The notes beneath the pieces were generated by a model. It was given only the letters and a program-made list of their open reading frames with translations. It did not search any database and was not told where the DNA came from. Source: the human T2T-CHM13v2.0 reference genome, Homo sapiens. Taken from it: a stretch of DNA of 64,000 nucleotides. The translations under genes and the position numbers were made by a program. The stretch spans positions 17,504,001 through 17,568,000 of the forward strand of contig CP068257.2 of assembly GCA_009914755.4 (NCBI GenBank), read 5' to 3'. This document shows positions 61,382 to 64,000 of the stretch, one piece after another (the stretch's first letter is position 1; each line of letters starts with the position of its first letter).

Positions 61382-61745
61382 GATAAAGGAAAAACTTCCG
61401 CCGAATTAAATTTAAAGGAGTTTGAGCAATGTACGATTCGCGAATCGGTCAGCCCACAGAATCACAGCAGATTCACGGAGACTCCAGCACAGCCACGTGG
61501 TGGAAGAAGATTTATAGACAAAATAAGGGAAATGAGGTACAGAAATTGGCATTGAGGTACAGAAACAGCTGGAGTGGCTATAGGTTGGCCTTTACCTTAT
61601 TTGAACACAGACTGAACACTGAGGAGTCTATGAGTGGTTGAAATATGGCTGCTGGGATTGGCCAAAACTGTTATTGTTACAGATCCATACTCCTAAGTTA
61701 GGTTTTCAATTTTATCTGACTATTAAGCTAGGTTACAGTTCATCC
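61382..61745 (+). repeat. Unclassified ~400-bp interspersed repeat, copy 2 (homologous to 47529-47934); retains CpGs
   Basis: gataaaggaaaaacttccgccgaattaaatttaaaggagtttgagcaatgtacgattcgcgaatcggtcagcc...ccagcacagccacgtggtggaagaagatttatagacaaaataagggaaatgaggtacagaaattgg...tttgaacacagactgaacac...ttggccaaaactgttattg. Confidence 0.7.
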
Positions 61746-61815
61746 ACAAGGACTCAAATATCAAAGTATGGAGTCCTTCTTGGGCCATATTTAGATTGCT
61801 TTAACAAATTTTATA

Positions 61816-64000
61816 CAGACATACCTTGGATATATTACTGGTTCGGATCACTCTTAATAAAGTGAATATTGTAAAAAGTGAATCACAATTTTTTTGGTTT
61901 TCCAGTGCATATAAAAGTTATGTTTACACTATACAGCAGTCTATTAAGTATGTAATAGCATTATGTTTAAAGGAACGATACACATGCCTTAATTTAGAAA
62001 GACCTTATTGCTGAAACTTACTAAAATCTGAGGCTTGATTGAGTCATAATCTTCTAGCTGGTGGAAGATCTGTGTCAATGCAGATGGCTGCTGACTGACC
62101 ATGCGGTGGTTGCTGAAGATGGGAATGACTGTGGCAATTTATTAAAATAGGACAGCAATAAAGTTAGCTTCATTGATTCACTCTTCATTTTACAAAAGGT
62201 TTCTCTGTAGCATGCAGTGCTGTTTGATAGCATTTTACTCACAGTAGACCTTTTTCCAAATTGAAATCGGTCATCTAAATCGCTGTTGCTGTTTTATCAA
62301 CTAAATATGTATAATACTTGAAATCTTTTGTTGTCATTTCAAAAATGTTCATAGTGTATTCACCAGGAGTGGATTCCATCTCAAGAAACCACTTTCTTTC
62401 CTCATTCATAAGAAGTAACTCTTCATCTGTTCAAGTTTTGTCATGAGATTCCAGCAATTTAGTCACTTCTTGAGGCTTCACTTTGAATCCTATTTTTCTT
62501 GCTATTTCCACCACATCTGTGGTTTTTTTCTCCCCTGAAGTCTTGAACTCCTCAAATTCAACCATGAAGTTTGGAATCAGCTTCTTCCAAATTCCCATTA
62601 ATATTGATATTTTGACCTCTTCCCATGAACTGTGAATGTCTTTAATAGCATCTAGAAAGATAAATTATTTTCCAGAAGGTTTTCAATTTGCCCAGGTGTA
62701 CTGGAAGAATCACTATCTACGGCAGCTATAGCATTACAAAATATATTTTTTAAAAAATATGATTTGAAAATTGAGATGACTTCTTCATTCATGGGCTACA
62801 GAATGGAGGTTGTATTACCAGGCATAAAAACATTAATCTCCTTGTGCATCTCCATCAGAGCTCCTGAGTCCCCAGATTCATTGCCAATGAGCAGTAATAT
62901 TTTGAAAACAATCTTTTTTCCAAAGCAGCATTTCTCAACAGTGAGCTTAAAATATTCAGTTAAACATGCTGTAAGCAGACATGCTGTCATTCAGGATTTG
63001 TTGTTCAATTCTTAGAATACAGCAGAGTAGATTTAGCATAATTTTTAATGGCCCAAGGATGTTTAGAGTGGTAAATGAGTGTTGGCTTCACCTAAAACTC
63101 ATCAGCTGCATTAGCCCCTAACAAGAGAATCAGTTTGTCCTTTCAAGCTTTGAAGCCAGGCATTGACTTCTCCTCTATAGCTGTGAAAGTCTAAGTCAGT
63201 ATTTTCTTCCAGTAGGAAGGTGTTTTGTCTACATTGAAAGTCTGTGGTTTAGTGTAGCCACCTTTATCAATGATCTTAACTAGATCTTCTGGATAACTTG
63301 CTGCAGCTTCTACATCAGCACTTCCTACATTACCTTATACTTTTATGTTATGGAGATGGCTTCTTTTCTTAAACCACCTGAATCAAACTCTACTAGCTTC
63401 AACCTTTTTTTTTCTGCATCTTCCTTATCTCTCTCAGCCCTTACAGAATTGAAGAGAGTTAGGGTCTCAAGTAAATGTTGTGGCTGGTTTGATCTTTTAT
63501 CCATTCAAACTTGCTCTATATCAGCAATAAGACTGTTTTAGTTTCTTATCGCTTGTGTGATCACTGGAGTAGCAATTTAATTTCTTTCAAGAACTTTTCC
63601 ATAACATTCACAACTTGGCTGTCTGGTGTAAGAGGATCTTGAATTTGACATGATTTTCTCAATATGCTCAGTCATTTTAAAACATTGATACAAACTTCCT
63701 TTTACTTGAATGTATAGAGATTATTGCTGGATTCTTAATTGGCCTAATTTCAATATTTTTGTGTCATAGTGAATAGCAAGGCCCAAGTAAAGAGAGAAAG
63801 ACAGGAGAACAGCAAGTCAGTGGAGCAATTAGAATACACACAGTATTTATCAATCAAGTTGGCCATCTTATATCGGAACAGTTCATGGTATCCCCAAACA
63901 ATTATAATAGTAACATCAAAGACGACTGATCATAGATTACTATAAAAAACAAAATAATTATGAAGAAGTTTGAAATATTGTGAGAACTATGAAAATGTGA
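61816..64000 (-). mobile_element. Tigger-family (pogo-like) DNA transposon, nearly complete and running to the window end; the transposase is on the minus strand and degenerate
   Basis: TIR cagacataccttggatatattactggttcggatcactcttaataaagtgaatattgtaaaaagtgaatcacaatttttttggttttccagtgcatataaaagttatgtttacactatacagcagtctattaagtatgtaatagcattatg matches the Tigger (Tigger3/4-type) terminus, and is preceded by a TA. Minus-strand ORF 62796-62990 translates to [39 protein letters not shown], a pogo/Tigger DDE-domain motif (compare KILLLIDNAPGHP…EINVVFMPANTTSILQPMDQGVI). Confidence 0.85.

Overview
This window is human (primate) nuclear DNA from a gene-poor, AT-rich, repeat-dense region, not a prokaryotic or accessory-genome locus. 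Alu, L1, MaLR LTR, Tigger and mariner elements cover roughly half of it. I found no convincing protein-coding exon, rRNA, tRNA or CRISPR array. Every ORF in the six-frame track is either an L1 ORF1/ORF2 or DNA-transposase remnant, an Alu-derived frame, or short random AT-rich sequence.

The most specific result is that positions 37581-37803 are the forensic CODIS STR locus D21S11 on chromosome 21q21.1. Both classical PCR primer sites are present, and the compound TCTA/TCTG repeat has the reference-type allele 29 structure. That places the whole window in the 21q21.1 gene desert, which fits the absence of genes.

Main repeat content:
- A 5'-truncated L1PA-type element on the plus strand with a disrupted ORF2.
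- A nearly full-length older L1 on the minus strand (ORF2, ORF1 and a tandemly repeated 5'UTR), pierced by four Alu insertions.
- A Tigger1-derived (MER2-like) element carrying a nested Hsmar2-like mariner insertion.
- A nearly complete Tigger (pogo-family) element running off the 3' end of the window.
- A ~360-bp inverted-repeat pair flanking a ~1.4 kb loop that holds a young AluY with a perfect 18-bp target-site duplication.
- Two diverged copies of a ~400-bp repeat family I could not name.

No previously undescribed gene system is evident. The points worth follow-up are structural: the inverted repeat, the nested transposons, the unclassified repeat pair and a candidate polymorphic Alu.
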